64,000 bases of DNA, taken from the NCBI RefSeq assembly GCF_009914755.1, contig NC_060926.1, one strand, 5' to 3'. Each line of letters starts with the position of its first letter. Positions within the stretch are counted from its first letter, which is position 1. The notes beneath the pieces are model-generated. The model was not told the DNA's origin and did no database searches. It saw only the letters and a list, made by a program, of their open reading frames with translations. Positions 12,150-25,790 of the stretch are shown piece after piece. The DNA comes from the human T2T-CHM13v2.0 reference genome, Homo sapiens. Position numbers and translations under genes: made by a program.

Positions 12150-15100
12150 CCTGCTCATCCTGATTCTGTCTCTGGTAGGGAACCACTTTCAACTCTTAGC
12201 TGCTTTTCTTTGCTGTTTAGCTAACTAGGTAAAATAAAAGGATGATGATTTTGCTCTCTTAAATAACTCCTTTTATACACTTCCTTAATGTCTTAATGTC
12301 TCTCCTTCTGTCTCTCAATATAGCGAAGCCACTATTTTTGTTCATCTTGACTTTGTCAATATTATTTACAGCTGAGACATAGTGTTCTACAACTTCATTT
12401 TTTTCTTTTGCAACTTTTCCTTGGAATCATTAATTGACTTCCTGTATCATTTGCTTAGTTTTCTATGTATCTATCAATAATTCATTCCCATATATTTCAC
12501 TAAAGCTGTAAAACTCGTTTTACTCCATTTAAACACATGAAGTAATCAAATAGTTCCTTTATTCCTGTAGGAGACATCTCCCTGGGAGCCTCTAGTCAAC
12601 TACTCCAAATGTGGACGAGCTGCTATCTCAGTTTGCTGCCCAGTTATCATCTTAAGATTCTTTTGACCTCTTTCCTGTGTTGGAGTCCCTATTCTTGATC
12701 CTCATGTCTCCTTCTTTCCTGGTTTTCTCAGTTGTTTGGTTGGAACACATTTGGCTGAAGCTTTCTAAAAAAGAATACATGGGCAATTTTCTATTTTTTT
12801 AAAAAAAGATTGAGCATGTCTAGAAATATCTTTATCTGACCTTCTTACTTGATTCATGATTTGGCTGGCATAGAATTCTTGGCTGGAGAGTATTTTCCCT
12901 CAGAATTTTGTAGGCATCTTCTTTTAGCTTCTGCTGCTTTTAAGAAATAGGATGCTATTCTTACCTGCTTTTTTTGTTTGTCTGGAAGCTTTAAGCATCT
13001 TCTCTAATCTCCATTGTTCTGGAATTTCATGGGGATGGTTTGTGTCTTTTTTTTGTTTATTTTACAGGATATTTACTAGGCCATTTCAATCTGGAGACTC
13101 ATGTATTTTAGTTCCAGAAAGTTCTTTGTATTACTTCTTTGATTGTTTTCTTTCCTCTGACCTTCTGTACTGATTTCTAGAACTTATGTAAATCTGATAT
13201 TGGATTTGATCTTCTGGATTGACTCTATTTTCTCTTTTATCTTCTACCTATGCCTTTTTGTTCTAATTTTAGAAATATTTCTTCAACCTTATCTTCTAAT
13301 GTAGTAAATTGTATTAGTCCATTTTCATGCTGTTGATGAAGACATACCCAAGACTGGGTAATTTATAAAGAAAAAGAGGTTTAATGGACCCACAGTACCC
13401 CATGGCTGGGGAGGCCTTACAATCATGGCAGAAGGTGAAAGGACATCTTATATGGCAGCAGACAAGAAAGAATGAGAACCAAGTGAAAGGAGAATCACCT
13501 TATTGAACCATCAGATCTTGTGAGACTTATTTGTTACCATGAGAACAGTATGGGGGAAATCGCCCCCATGATTCGATTATCTTCCACATGGTCCCTTCCA
13601 CAACATGTGGGAGTTATGGGAGCTACAATTCAAGATGAGATTTGGGTGGAGACACAGCCAAACCATATCATTCTGCCCCTGGCCCCTCCCAAACCTCTTG
13701 TTCTCACATTTCAAAACCAATCACACTTTTCCAACAGTACCCCAAAGTCTTAACTCATTTCAGCATTAACTCAAAAGTCCACAGTCCAAAGTATCATCTG
13801 AGACAAGACAGCTCCCTTTTGCCTATCAGCCTGTAAAATCAAAAGCAAGTTAGTTACTTCCTAGATACAATGGGGGTACAGCCATTGGGTAAATATAGCA
13901 ATTCTGAATGGGAGAAATTGACCAAAACAAATGGGCTACAGGCCCCATGCAAGTCCAAAATCCAGCAGGGCAATCAAATCTTAAAGCTCCCAAATGATCT
14001 CCTTTGACTCCATGTCTCACATCAAGGTCACACTGATGCAAGAGGTAGGTTCCCATGGTCTTGGGGAGCTCCTGGCCCTGTGGGTTTGTAGGGTACAGCC
14101 CTCCTCCTGGCTGCTTACATGGGCTGGCGTTGAGTGCCTGAGGCTTTTCCGGGCACACGGTGCAAGCTGTTGGTGGATCTACCATTCTGAGATCTGGAAG
14201 ATGGTGGCTCTCTTCTCACAGCTCCACTAGGCAGTGCCCCAGTAGGGACTCAGTATGGGGGCTTCAACCCCACATTTCCCTTCCACACTGCCGTAGCAGA
14301 GGTTCTCCATGAGAGCCCACCCCTGTAGCAAACTTCTGCCTGGACATACAGGCATTTCCATACATCCTCTGAAATCAGGCAGAGGTTTCCAAATCTCAAT
14401 TCTTGACTTCTGCGCACCTGCAGGCGCTATACCATGTGAAAACCGCCAAGGCTTGGGGCTTGCAACCTCTGAAGCTAGAGCCCAAGCTATACCTTGGCCC
14501 TTTTTAGCCATGGCTAGAGCAGCTGGGATGCAGGGCACCAAGTCCCTAGGCTGCACGCAGCAGGGAGCCCTGGGCCAGGCCCATGAAAAAATATTTTCCT
14601 CCTAGGCCTCAGGGACTATGATGGGAGGGGCTGCTGCAAAGGTCTCTGACATGCCCTAGAGACATTTTTCCCATTGTTTTGGTGATTAACATTTGGCTCC
14701 TTGTTAACTTATGCAAATTTCTGCAGCCAGTTTGAATTTCTCCTCAGAAAAGGGTTTTTTCTTTTTTATCACATTGTTGGGCTGCAAACTTTTCAAACTT
14801 TTATGCTCTGTTTGCCTTTTAAAACAGAATGCTTTTAATAGCAGCCAAGTCACCTCTTGATTGCTTTGCTGCTTAGAAATTTCTTCTGCCAGATACCCTA
14901 AATCATCTCCCTCAAGTTCAAAGTTCCACAAATCTCTAGGGCAGGGCAAGATGCCACCAGTGTCTTTGCTAAAACATAGCAAGTCACCTTTACTCCAGTT
15001 CCTAACAAGTTCCTCATCTCCATCCGAGACCACCTCAGCCTGGATTTCATTGTCCATATCGTTATCCGCATTTTGGGCAAAGCCATTCCACAAGTCTTTG

Positions 15101-16490
15101 GGAAGTTCCAAACTTTCCCACACTTTCCTGTCTTCTTCTGAGCCCTCCAAACTGTTCCAGTCTCTGCCTGTTACTGAGTTCCAAAGTCGTTTCCACACTT
15201 CTGGGTATCTTTACAGCAGCACCCCACTCTACTGGTACCAATTTACTGTATTAGTCCATTATCATGCTGCTGATAAAGACATACCCAAGATTGAGTAATT
15301 TATAAAGAAAAAGAGGTTTAACGGACTCACAGTTCCATGTGGCTGGGGAGATCTTACAATGATGGTGGAAGGTGAAAGGTATGTTTCACATGGCAGCAGC
15401 AAGAGACAATGAAAGCCAAGCAAGTGTTATAAAACATCAGATCTTATGAGACGTATTCACTACCACGAGAACAGTATGGAGGAAAATGCCCCTGTGATTC
15501 AATTATCTTCCACTGGGTCCCTCCCGCAACACGTGAGAATTATGAGAGCTACAATTCAAGATGAGATTTGGGTGGGGACACAGCCAAACCATAACATAAA
15601 TTTAAAAAGTATGCCTTTATATTTTTAATTTCAACACATCTTTCTTGTTCTCCAATTATATTCCTTTATATGACATTTTACTATTCATCCATAGATTCCT
15701 TATTTATATCTTTGAGATAACATTTTTTGAGTGTATTTGAAATTCTCTTCTGCTTCTTGTGTTGTCTCTTTTCTTTTGAGTTTCTTTTCTTTTTGTTTGT
15801 TTGTATCTTTCTCTTTTATGTTGGAGGTTTCCCTCAAATACCTTTCCATTTTAAGAGGAAAGTGCTAAAAATATGATTGGAAGATGCGCATGAAGGAAAG
15901 GGGGTTGTGCCAAAATATGGATGATGGCATGCAGACTTAGCTGTTTCATTGGAGGACCCCTAAATATCACCATCGCTATTTTTTTTTTCTTGAGCTGGTC
16001 AGTTTCTGCAGAGGATCCTCACATCTTCTGCCTGGAAGTATAAGCTTAGTTCCTAGAGTTCCAGAAACTGGGGATGGGGTGATGTCTCACCACTTAGGAT
16101 GCTAACTTCCAATTAATTCCTTTGTAGTTTTTTTTTTATGTGTGTGGGGTTTTTTGTTGCTTTTTAACGGATTTATTGAGGTATAATGGATATATTTCCT
16201 TGCATTGTTTTTTTCCCATCCTGTGTTGCATAACCCTCTCCTTTGTTCTTCCCTAGAGGGGGATTCTTCAGAAGTCCATGGTGATTTCAATTCTTAAGTT
16301 TTTCTGGGGACTGCAGCACAAGCCACCTTGACTCCTAGTTTAGGTTTCAGTTTTCTCTGGTCTGACAAGTAATTTACCACAGCCCATCTACTCTCCAGTT
16401 TTCACAATTTGAATATTATCATAATTTTAATGGTATTTGAGAGGAAGTGGAGAAAAATGCACATGTTCAATCTGTGAAGTTTAACCAGAA
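12150..16490 (-). mobile_element. HAL1 (half-L1), about 2 kb, split by THE1
   Basis: Antisense HAL1-type text GGAGACATCTCCCTGGGAGCC...CCTGTGTTGGAGTCCC...TTTTCCCTCAGAATTTTG; 5'-end-like TGTTCAATCTGTGAAGTTTAACCAGAAG near 16465-16490. Confidence 0.7.
13310..15596 (-). mobile_element. Full-length THE1 (THE1B-like) MaLR: LTR 13310-13670, internal 13671-15246, LTR 15247-15596
   Basis: Two TG...CA LTRs, THE1-int with ORF remnant (14704-15198), perfect 5-bp TSD taaat. Confidence 0.96.
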
Positions 16491-16798
16491 GCCCTATCAG
16501 TTGTATTTTACCAGCATTAATACCATCAATTCTTACTACTCATATGTGGGTCTCTTGAGCTGTTTGGAAGCTAGGGATTAGGAGTAAAGGATGTACATAC
16601 ATGTGTGCATGCTTCTATCTCTTTGTGTATATGTGAGGTTATAGTATGAGATTGTATGTGTGTGTGTGTAGTGGTTAAAATGAAAACAAGTGTGTTTGCT
16701 GGGGAACTATTAATAGGACTAGAATGATGAGCTTCAGGAGTTAGAAGGTGAGAAGAAGAGCAGAAAAGAGAAAGGAAGCAAACCTGCAAGTTTTGGAG

Positions 16799-17270
16799 TG
16801 ATGGGTTTCAGGACATGTTACCCCAAAATATGGCACCTTGGCAGTTGAGGAAACAGCAGAAGAAAGAAGATCTCTTTGACTTTCTCCTGCTCTTCTCTCC
16901 TGAAGCAGGCCCTAAAAGAATTCTCTGATCTTCCTCTAAAGCAGTTCTTAAGACCCTCATGTGAGAAGTGCCTACCCCATACTCAGAGGAAAGGAATATG
17001 CTTAACTTTGGAACCACAGGAACACAGAGAAGAATCTGAACAAACTGGCTTGTCTAATCAAATATCTCTACAACTATCCACTTCTTCATCAAACTTGGCA
17101 TAAAAATACACAGATTTCCCTGATTCTTTGCGTCTTCATTCCTGAAGGTTACTATATCATGTAAAACTTGTATTAAATAAATTTGTATGCTTTTATCTTG
17201 TCTTTTGTTACAGGGGCTTCAGCCATGAACCTAGGGATGCAAGAGAAAAGCAATCTTTTCTCCACCTTCA
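16799..17270 (+). mobile_element. ERV1 MER4-group solo LTR (LTR54/MER92/MER93-like)
   Basis: TGATGGGTTTCAGGACATGTTACCCCAAAATATGGCACCTTGGC...CA; ATTAAATAAA poly(A) signal; 4-bp TSD ggag/gggg. Confidence 0.75.
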
Positions 17271-17527
17271 GGGGTAATGTTCTACCTCAATGAATATTTC
17301 CTTTTCTTAACCTGGCCCTTTAGCTCATTTCTTTAAAGCAGAAACACTGGGAGTAGGATTGAACATAGGAAAGAGAAAACTTTGTTCCCTCTCCAGAGCC
17401 TTTTAAACTCTCTCTACTACCTCACCTGGTGACTTTGGACTTTTTTAGAGTTCTCTAGGTGCCCAAACTTCCACTTCCTTCTTACCTTTTATGTAGGGAT
17501 CTCTGTTTCTGCCCACTTCTTGGATAG

Positions 17528-17928
<401 letters not shown>

Positions 17929-18004
17929 TGACTTCTTTATAAGCATTCAGCATCTCATTTATTTTCTCTAATACCTTGTACATAGGTCTAGTTTTTTTTT
18001 CCCA

Positions 18005-18140
18005 TGGGATAGATGGAGAAACCAATGTTTAGAGAGATGTAGTCTTTTTCTCAGACACACAGATATCAAGTAGCAGAGCTATGATTAGTCAGCTGCTCTG
18101 GGTTTAAAGTCCATACTTTAGCTAATATACTATGCTGCTT
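18005..18140 (-). mobile_element. MIR
   Basis: ATAGATGGAGAAACC...AGAGAGATG...ACACAG...AGTAGCAGAGCT core pattern. Confidence 0.7.
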
Positions 18141-18298
18141 CATTGTGCTAAATTGCATGAGTATTCATTTATAAATATATAAAATGAGAACACGTCAAAA
18201 TCAATTTGATGAACACACTGGTATTTGATGTACACATAATTGGCATTTGATGTACAAGGTAAAATATAGATTCTTGCTGAGGTAGGAGTACAGCTCTT

Positions 18299-18657
18299 TT
18301 TTTAAAAAATTTCAAACTTTTATTTTAAGTTCAGGCGTACATTGTAGGATGTGCAGTTTTGTTACATAGGTAAATGTGTACCATGGTGGTTTGCTGCATA
18401 GATCATCCCATCACCCAGGTATTAAGCCCAGCATCTATTAGCTATTCTTCCTGATCCTCTCCCTCCTCCCACTTTCACCCTCTGACAGACCCCAATGTGT
18501 GTTGTTCCCCACCATGTGTCCATGTATTATTCACCTCCCACTTATAAGTGGGAACATATGGTATTTGGTTTTCTGTTCTGGCATCAGTTTGCTAAGGATA
18601 ATGGCCTCGAGTTCCATCCATGTCCATGCAAAGGACATGATCTTCCTCCTTTTTATG
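18299..18657 (-). mobile_element. 5'-truncated L1PA (approx. L1PA10-13) 3' end
   Basis: Antisense L1 3'UTR (GTTACATAGGTAAATGTGTACCATGGTGGTTTGCTGC); TSD taggagtacagctctt/taggagtgcagttctt (14/16). Confidence 0.92.
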
Positions 18658-18899
18658 TTAGGAGTGCAGTTCTTAAGGGAGAAAGGCATAGCCCCTGCCT
18701 TCAAAGAACTTACTTTCTGCCTCTCAATGTCAACATCTAGAATTGGGAAAGACAAAACTTTAGGATTTCAGATATGGTGTAAAATCTAGGCTCAAATAAT
18801 AGTTGTGTTACTATGAGCCAAATCTCTTCCGGGGTTCATAGGTGTGAAGATCAAGAAAGAGAATGAGAAAGAAGGGTTTACCACCACCCTATATAATAT

Positions 18900-19440
18900 G
18901 TAATTACACCCTATGTAGGTAATGCAGTATCATTATCTGTATGTTAAATGCAAGGAAAATGAGGACTGTGAAGCTGAGTTCCTTGACCAGCATTACATGA
19001 CTGGAACCCAGTCTTCTGAAGATCAGCACAGGATTTTTGTCTTTTCACTGACATATTTTTCCAGCCCTATATAGTTTTTAAAGCAGCGATAAGGTAGATA
19101 ATGAAGGTAATATCATTTTCATTTTATAGATGGACAAACTGATGAAGAGCTATTTTCAAAGATGCTTTTAGTAAATGCTATTTTAGGATGGATCTGAATG
19201 GCACCCCCAATTTCTAAGCAGCTTGGGTCCATGGGATAGAAGGAGGGGTCTCAAGATGGAGGGAGGAACAACCAACATTTATTGAACTTCTACTGTATGC
19301 TAGCCAGCCAGACACTGTACCAGAGGTCACACATGATCTTGTTTAATCCTTACAACAGTACTGAGAGGTTATGATTTGTATCTTCATTATGTAAATGAAG
19401 CTCAGAGAGGCTATGAAACTTTCCCATTGTCACACAGACC
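18900..19440 (-). mobile_element. Cluster of MIR fragments
   Basis: CATTTTTATAGATGGACAAACTGA and TTTAATCCTTACAACAG...GCTCAGAGAGG...GTCACACAG. Confidence 0.65.
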
Positions 19441-22059
19441 TTCAGGCTATTATTAAGTGGGTTCATTTTATTAACATTTGACAAAGTTAATATTCAACTC
19501 CAGGACTATATAATTTTAGAGCTCACAGGAGTATGTGTTGATAACATTTTCCCCAGTGTCTGTGACTTGTCATTGAAATTTCTATGGCTTTCTTAGAACT
19601 GAAACCAAAGGTAAGCTTCTCAGCAACCACTTTGCAAAGATGCCTCTCATTTAAAGAGCACACTCATATCTTTTTCTCTCTGTTCTGGGAGAAGGATAAA
19701 TCGTGTATTTGAGCAGATGTTTCTTCAGTGGGTACTTAAATAATGGTTTTTCTTTTTTTTTCTTACTTCTGGGTCCATAGACAATATTTTTAATTGCTCT
19801 GCTTTTTTCCCCTTGCATTATAAAAGCCATGCTATGAAAGTTATAAAAGTTAGCAAATTTTATTCATCTGCTAAACTCTCTGCCTCAGAGATATATTTTG
19901 TTGGTTTGGATTTACTCAAAAGTATTATAAATAAAAGATTTAAACATAAAATGTATTTGATATGGAAATTCAATAGTTAAGAAGCCCACAAAACTTGCCA
20001 TATGTTTGGTGAAAAGCTAGCAGTTCAGGTGGGTAAGTATTTATTGCTTCCTGTAGGGCCATATGAGTTACTTGGGAGCCATGAAATAAAAAAGAGACCC
20101 TTGCCTGCATTGGGGAAAGAGAGTGTAGTGGCATTGACTTCGTAATTAGGGAAAAAAACCTAAATATGAGGATGTACTAACACATATTTCTCCTGTCTCA
20201 AAAATACCTTCTTCTTCTAAAGATAATGACTTTGTATTTTCTTTTGCTTATGATGCTATTTTTTTTCCAGGGAGTTCAAATTTTATGCTTGGAGGGTGAC
20301 CTGAGGAGAAGTTTACTAGACATGAGTTTTAGAGTATGTAATTTCTAGGGCCATTTCTGGAAGCACATATTGGCTGTTGTCATGGATGAGGTGAATGAGC
20401 TGCTGCCCACGTCCGAGGGCAACCTGCACGCAGCAACACAAAGCCCTCTCAGGACTAGTCACTGAGATCCAAGTGGGAATTAGTTCTGTTCCCTTCCTGT
20501 ACTTTACAAAGCAATTCAAGTACATTCCTCAGCTTATCATATCAGAAGTACTTTCCAATGGGCTTGTTTTTGGTTCTGCTTAAATTAAAAAAGCCTCACA
20601 TTTTCATTATTTTAGTTTTCTATCTAATTGTGCTGAAATGACGGCTAGTTCTGGATTTTCCCCGATTTTTCTTTGTTTCTTTTTTTTTTTTTTTATCTTT
20701 GGAACACATGAGGCACATGTTCACATATGGGTTTTAATTGATACTCTGCCTGGGAATTGCTGTGGCATCATGGGAAATACAAAGGAAGTGAAGTGATCAC
20801 CTGTATGAGAGTGATGAGATTAATATACTCAAATAATCAGAGGAAAAAATAAGGAGTAAGTACAACTGGACTCTCATGCCTGCAAATATTAGGTGCTCAA
20901 AAGCATTTGTTGGTAGAGTGACTGAGAGAAGTTAACAATCTAGAATCCTCAAATAAACAGAAAGAGGTTCAAGCAAAAGGCAGGATTTGAACTGGATTTT
21001 GAAAGATCCGCTGTAGTTAGATAGATAAGAGGGAAGTCCTACCCAGCAGTGGAGAATATTGAACAAAACTGAAGAGTTGAGCAGTGGCTTGATTCATGAA
21101 GGGGCAAGTTAGATGATCTATCTGGATCAATTGGAGTGTCATCTTGGGGAGAGATGAACAACATATCTGTAAAATCTACACATTTCTGCACAAGTCATCC
21201 TGGTTCTTCTTAGTTACTATTATTTCCAGTCTGTTGGCACTCCTAGGCTTTGGGGAGCTCCCTGCTGGGTTTCATCTATCCCTGTAAGCATCAGGGTCAG
21301 AGATACACTTGTTTAGAAAAGCAGCATATAATGATAGAGGAAGTGTCTTCAGGTCCTATAGGGTGTTTGTGTGCTAATGAAGAGAGGCATTCCCGAGTCC
21401 CTAACCCCTGGCACCCAACACTAGATAGCTTGTGTCAGCATTTCCTTGTCATGAATTTCCTCCTTGCAGAATCTTGCATTGCATTTCAAAATTATGCAAA
21501 GAGGTTTTTAGAAGCATAAAAGGAATGCTTAGTTATCCCTTTATTGGTGAGTAAATTAGATGGTTATAAAGTTAAATAAAACCCAGAAAGTTCCAACTGC
21601 GTTTTCTTAAAATCCTTTGTCAAAACAAATAGCCTTGAAATGCACATAAAAACTTAAATGACATTGACTGTAATGAAACATGGAACCTAATGAAGTTGAA
21701 GTGCTATGAGAGTACTGGGAAAGCAGGGCTGCTTTTATCTTGCTGGAATGTTTATGTCCTTGCACGTCTCCTAATCACACTGTGGTAACGTCATTTGGAG
21801 AAAATGCTTCAGGAAAGATTGCTAATAAAAACCAAAAATAATACAGCCTCAAGTTAACAGTCCAGAGTACCCCAAGAAGTCAGACCAAATCTGTTGTCTG
21901 GTATAGAGGGCACTGGGCTGGAAGAATACTATTAGAGATGTCTCTGATTGTATATTTGGGTATGTGAATGTTTGGCAACATTGATAAAGGGGCTGTCAAC
22001 TATTCCTGGGATAACATCTCAAAATTTACCTGTTGGAAATAAAAGCCTTTACCATTCTC

Positions 22060-22980
22060 TGAGAAACCAGCTTTCTATCCACTGTTTCTATTTCTACAAG
22101 TGAGTCTCCCTCCAGACACTCAGACTTGAGGCTTTGAGTCATCCTTAGTTCTTTCCTCTCTCCTCCTATACTCCAAAGTTACTAAATTTTTATCAGTTCT
22201 TCTCTCAATGCTTTAGAATCCTTCTCATTCATTCCATGGCTATAGCCATGGCTCAGCAACTTCTACCTCATCCTGCGCAAAGTGGTCAGATTAATCATCC
22301 TAAACTCTATGAGTGTTCACCTGAACACAGCCCACAGGATAATCCTGATAGTCAAGGATTTGACTTTAGCACCAGTTCCAATCTGCTTTCCAAGCTTATC
22401 TCCTGAAATTTCTGTATGAACATGAGTCCAGTTCTACAACCAGACTGATACTGCATGTTTTCCACTTAAACATGGCTTGTTCATTTTCTCACCATTCTCT
22501 TGTTTACTTGTTCCTCTAATTAGGATGCTGCCTTTATTTGTCACTACTTATGCAATTTCTTGCAAAGCAATGGCTTGTAAAGTTTTCAGTTATCCATTCG
22601 AGAATCTGATGAAGGCCATTAACTTTATCCCACAAAAATGTATCTCTAGAGGGTTCATTGAGACCTGAAACTCCATTCATGCACTCCTTAGGAGAACATT
22701 GACCTTAAATTAAGAATCCTTGCTCAAGGTCAAGTTGAAATTCTCAAGCCTCCATGAAACTTTCCTAAATCACTCTGGCTAATGTTGATAACTTCTCTAC
22801 CCCTTCCTTTCTCTTCTGAACTTCACTGAAATTGTTCAATTCATTTGGTACTTACTGAAGACCATTGTGTGTTGTTTGTTTTCTTTCTATGCACATGGCC
22901 TGTTTACTCAAACAAACTAAAATCTCCTTGAAGGTAAAGCCCCGCTATGTATCTCTTGGAATTGTATATAACTCAGTGTT
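22060..22980 (+). mobile_element. L2 fragment interrupted by a MER103C-like hAT element (approx. 22567-22722)
   Basis: L2 text (GAGTCATCCTTAGTTCTTTCCTCTC); insert with TTCGAGAATCTGATGAAGGCCAT...TTAAGAATCCTTG. Confidence 0.6.
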
Positions 22981-23429
22981 TGTTGCTTTGATTGGTCAAA
23001 TAATACAATCAGGCATATATAAGAATCCAGTTATTTTCTTCTTCTACTCTAGTTGCTGTAGAACATGTTCTAGAGAGCCCTCTTATGCTCACCATGTTCA
23101 CTGGGTCAATTAGAACCTGAAAATTCTGGAAGACCTCTTGATCTGTAAGTTTACCGGAATGATTATCAGAGTGACCACTGGTTCTAAAATTCCTGATCTA
23201 GAAGGAATAAAGGAAACTGGTAATGTCGATATTTAAGGGCCTTTTGGGATGCAATAAAGAGACCGTCACTTAGTATAGGATATTGGCAAAATTGTGAAGA
23301 TGATGAATATGTTCTTGGGGTGTCCACTTTCCTTTTCTCTATTTTCAAGGCTCGCTCTTCCCTGACATTATGTACCTGAAGTATCCCCTCTCCTAAACTG
23401 AATCCTAGGCTTAATGGCAGCTTCTTTAT

Positions 23430-23570
23430 TCTTTATAATTACTGATAAATATAATTATATAATTATTATATCAATATATAATAATTATATAATATATTAT
23501 ATAATCATTATATAATCATAATTAATTATAATTACAAGATTACTTGTAATTAAAATCTTATTTCTAATTA
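23430..23570. repeat. AT-rich low-complexity tract
   Basis: Near-pure A/T, (TAAT/TATA)n-like. Confidence 0.85.
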
Positions 23571-23593
23571 TGGCATGAAAAAGTTTTCTGGTG

Positions 23594-23653
23594 AAGATAG
23601 TCCAGGCATCTGATAGTGTGTAAAAGATAGTCCAGGCATCTGATAGTGTGTAA
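23594..23653. repeat. Perfect 30-bp tandem duplication
   Basis: aagatagtccaggcatctgatagtgtgtaa x2. Confidence 0.97.
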
Positions 23654-24984
23654 GTATGGCTCATGCTTAAAATCACCCCATGGAATTTAACATCTATACC
23701 CTTGTTTTTCATCCCTAAAACACACACATATACACACACACAGAGATGGAACTGCCTTCTGTGTAGTGGATCTACAGTCTTAATAACACTAGTCATTCAT
23801 TGAGGAAACCCTTTCCTAAGTTTCTCAAATAACCTGAGCCATGAAGCCTTTACCATAATCCCATCATGTTCTCTGGTAGGTAAGGAATATGTAATAGGAG
23901 GAAAGCGGTGATAAGGAACTGGAAGAGCAACACATTATAGGTTTAACATTAAGAAGAATTGGTGTAGATGTAACAGTTGCAGGAGTGCTTGAGTCACAAA
24001 GCCTAACAGCAGCAAAGGCTATCTATATATTGCCGGCAGCCAAGATCAGCGGCCCTCAAAGTAGTTTGGGTGATATCACCTGAACAAGCCGGTGTTCTTT
24101 GCTTACACCATACTCTTTGTGGAGCACCATAAAATGGTGATATACTTCACTCCAGCAGGCAAACAAGGAACAATGTTGCTAGCAGAAACCACCCCTGTAT
24201 TATATGTATGCAATAGAATCTCACTATCAGGAACACACTTGCACCATACATAATGAAGCATGACACCTCAGTCTGGAGTAGGGGAAGGATGACTTCTCCA
24301 GACTGCTGACAGAGAGAGAAGGTCTGCAGATATTGGGTGTGGCTGCAGCCCTCCTAGAGCAGTGGCTTGAGCAGAAGGAAAGTCAGTGGCCAGGGCCATC
24401 TGGAGGACAAAGAGCCATTTCTCCCCCCTCCCCCTGCCAACCCCTTTTCTCTTGAAATTTTTAATTTGTGTTTTTTTAGAACTATATAAGCCTCTGGGTT
24501 CTGATTCAACCAAGGAAAGGTGGAGAGGGTGTCCTAAATAATTGCACATAGATTTTCTGCTCAACAGGTGGGACTGTTTAATTTGATTTAAAACAATAAA
24601 GAAATGTGATATTTCTTGCACCCAAGTACCATGGAACAATTCTTATCATTACAGTTTTGGTTCCGATTTCACAGTTGGGACTGGTCATCCTCAACATTGC
24701 CTATATGAAGTCCTGATTTGAAGAATTCCTCCCATCATTCTGTTGGAATTTGGCTTAGGTGCATCCTATTGTTACATTTCTGGTGATCACATAATCTGCT
24801 CTCTGTCTGAGTGTGCTAATAGAACACAGGGACAGGCTGTAGGGTTTAGAACATAATGACGAAACAATTATGTCTTTTTTTCCTGTGAATTGAGGAAAGA
24901 CCATCATCAGTCAAAGTCATGTGAGAAACACCTGGGTTCAGTTTCCACTGGATGACACAGAAGTAGAGACCTATAAAAATAAAG

Positions 24985-25140
24985 CAGTGCTTCTCAGACT
25001 TTAGTGTCCATGTGAATTACCCCAGCATCTTGTTAAAATGCAGATTCTGACTCAGTAGGTTTGGGGTGGGGCCTGCAAGTTTGCCTTCCTAACCAGCCCC
25101 CAGCTGAGGTCGTCCACAGACCACACTTCGGGTAGTAAGG
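24985..25140. mobile_element. MER5A/B (hAT-Charlie)
   Basis: CTTGTTAAAATGCAGATTCTGACTCAGTAGGTTTGGGGTGGGGCCTG...GACCACACTT. Confidence 0.85.
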
Positions 25141-25279
25141 GTATAGAATATTTGATGAAATTTCTGTTCCATCTCTTCCTCTAACTTGCTCTTTGACCTT
25201 TAAGTTATTTAAACTTTCTTGATCTCAGCTTCCTTAACTGTAAAAGAAGAGAATTGGCTTTAGCATTCCCAGGAAGGAC

Positions 25280-25790
25280 ATTTGTTATGTTTTGCTACTC
25301 AGTATGCATTGCCTTTTCCTAATAGCACTTTGATTTCCTTTAGGGGAATTTACTGCCTTCCTTTGTGTGCAGTTGTGATGGGTAGATAAGTCTCAGGGCC
25401 TTCTGTCCCATCATGGCAGCTGAAGGAAACTCTAGAAGCTCGTTTCCTAAGATCTGTCTTTCACAGCCTAGGTATAGCAAGAGGCAGGATAGGACTAAAA
25501 CTTAGTGTGTTGGTTTCTTTCTCTATCAGAACTTTGGTCTTGAGTACAGTATACCTAAGGTAGAGGAACAGTCTAAGTTCAGCTCTTCCAGCTGTGGGGC
25601 CTGGGCTCAATTGACAGTAAGAACTTGTGGAGTCTCCTAATTTCTGTCTTTCCAAGCTTGGTTCCCTAGTCTTGCCTTCAGTATTGTGAGCAGCACCATA
25701 GCTTTCCAGAATATTCTCTTTTTACTTACGTTACCATTTAATTCCAGAAAGTCCATTTCTGTTGCTTGCAACCAGAAATTAATATACTCC
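25280..25790 (+). mobile_element. Old ERVL-type LTR (LTR41-like)
   Basis: CCTAATAGCACTTTGATTTCCTTTAGGGGAA start region and TTTCTGTTGCTTGCAACCAGAAA end region. Confidence 0.5.

Noticed and set aside
14704-15198. 164-aa ORF and its 156-aa counterpart at 36247-36717 as a gene pair
   Set aside because: Both are remnants of the THE1 internal ORF (WNSLEGSEEDRK), broken downstream
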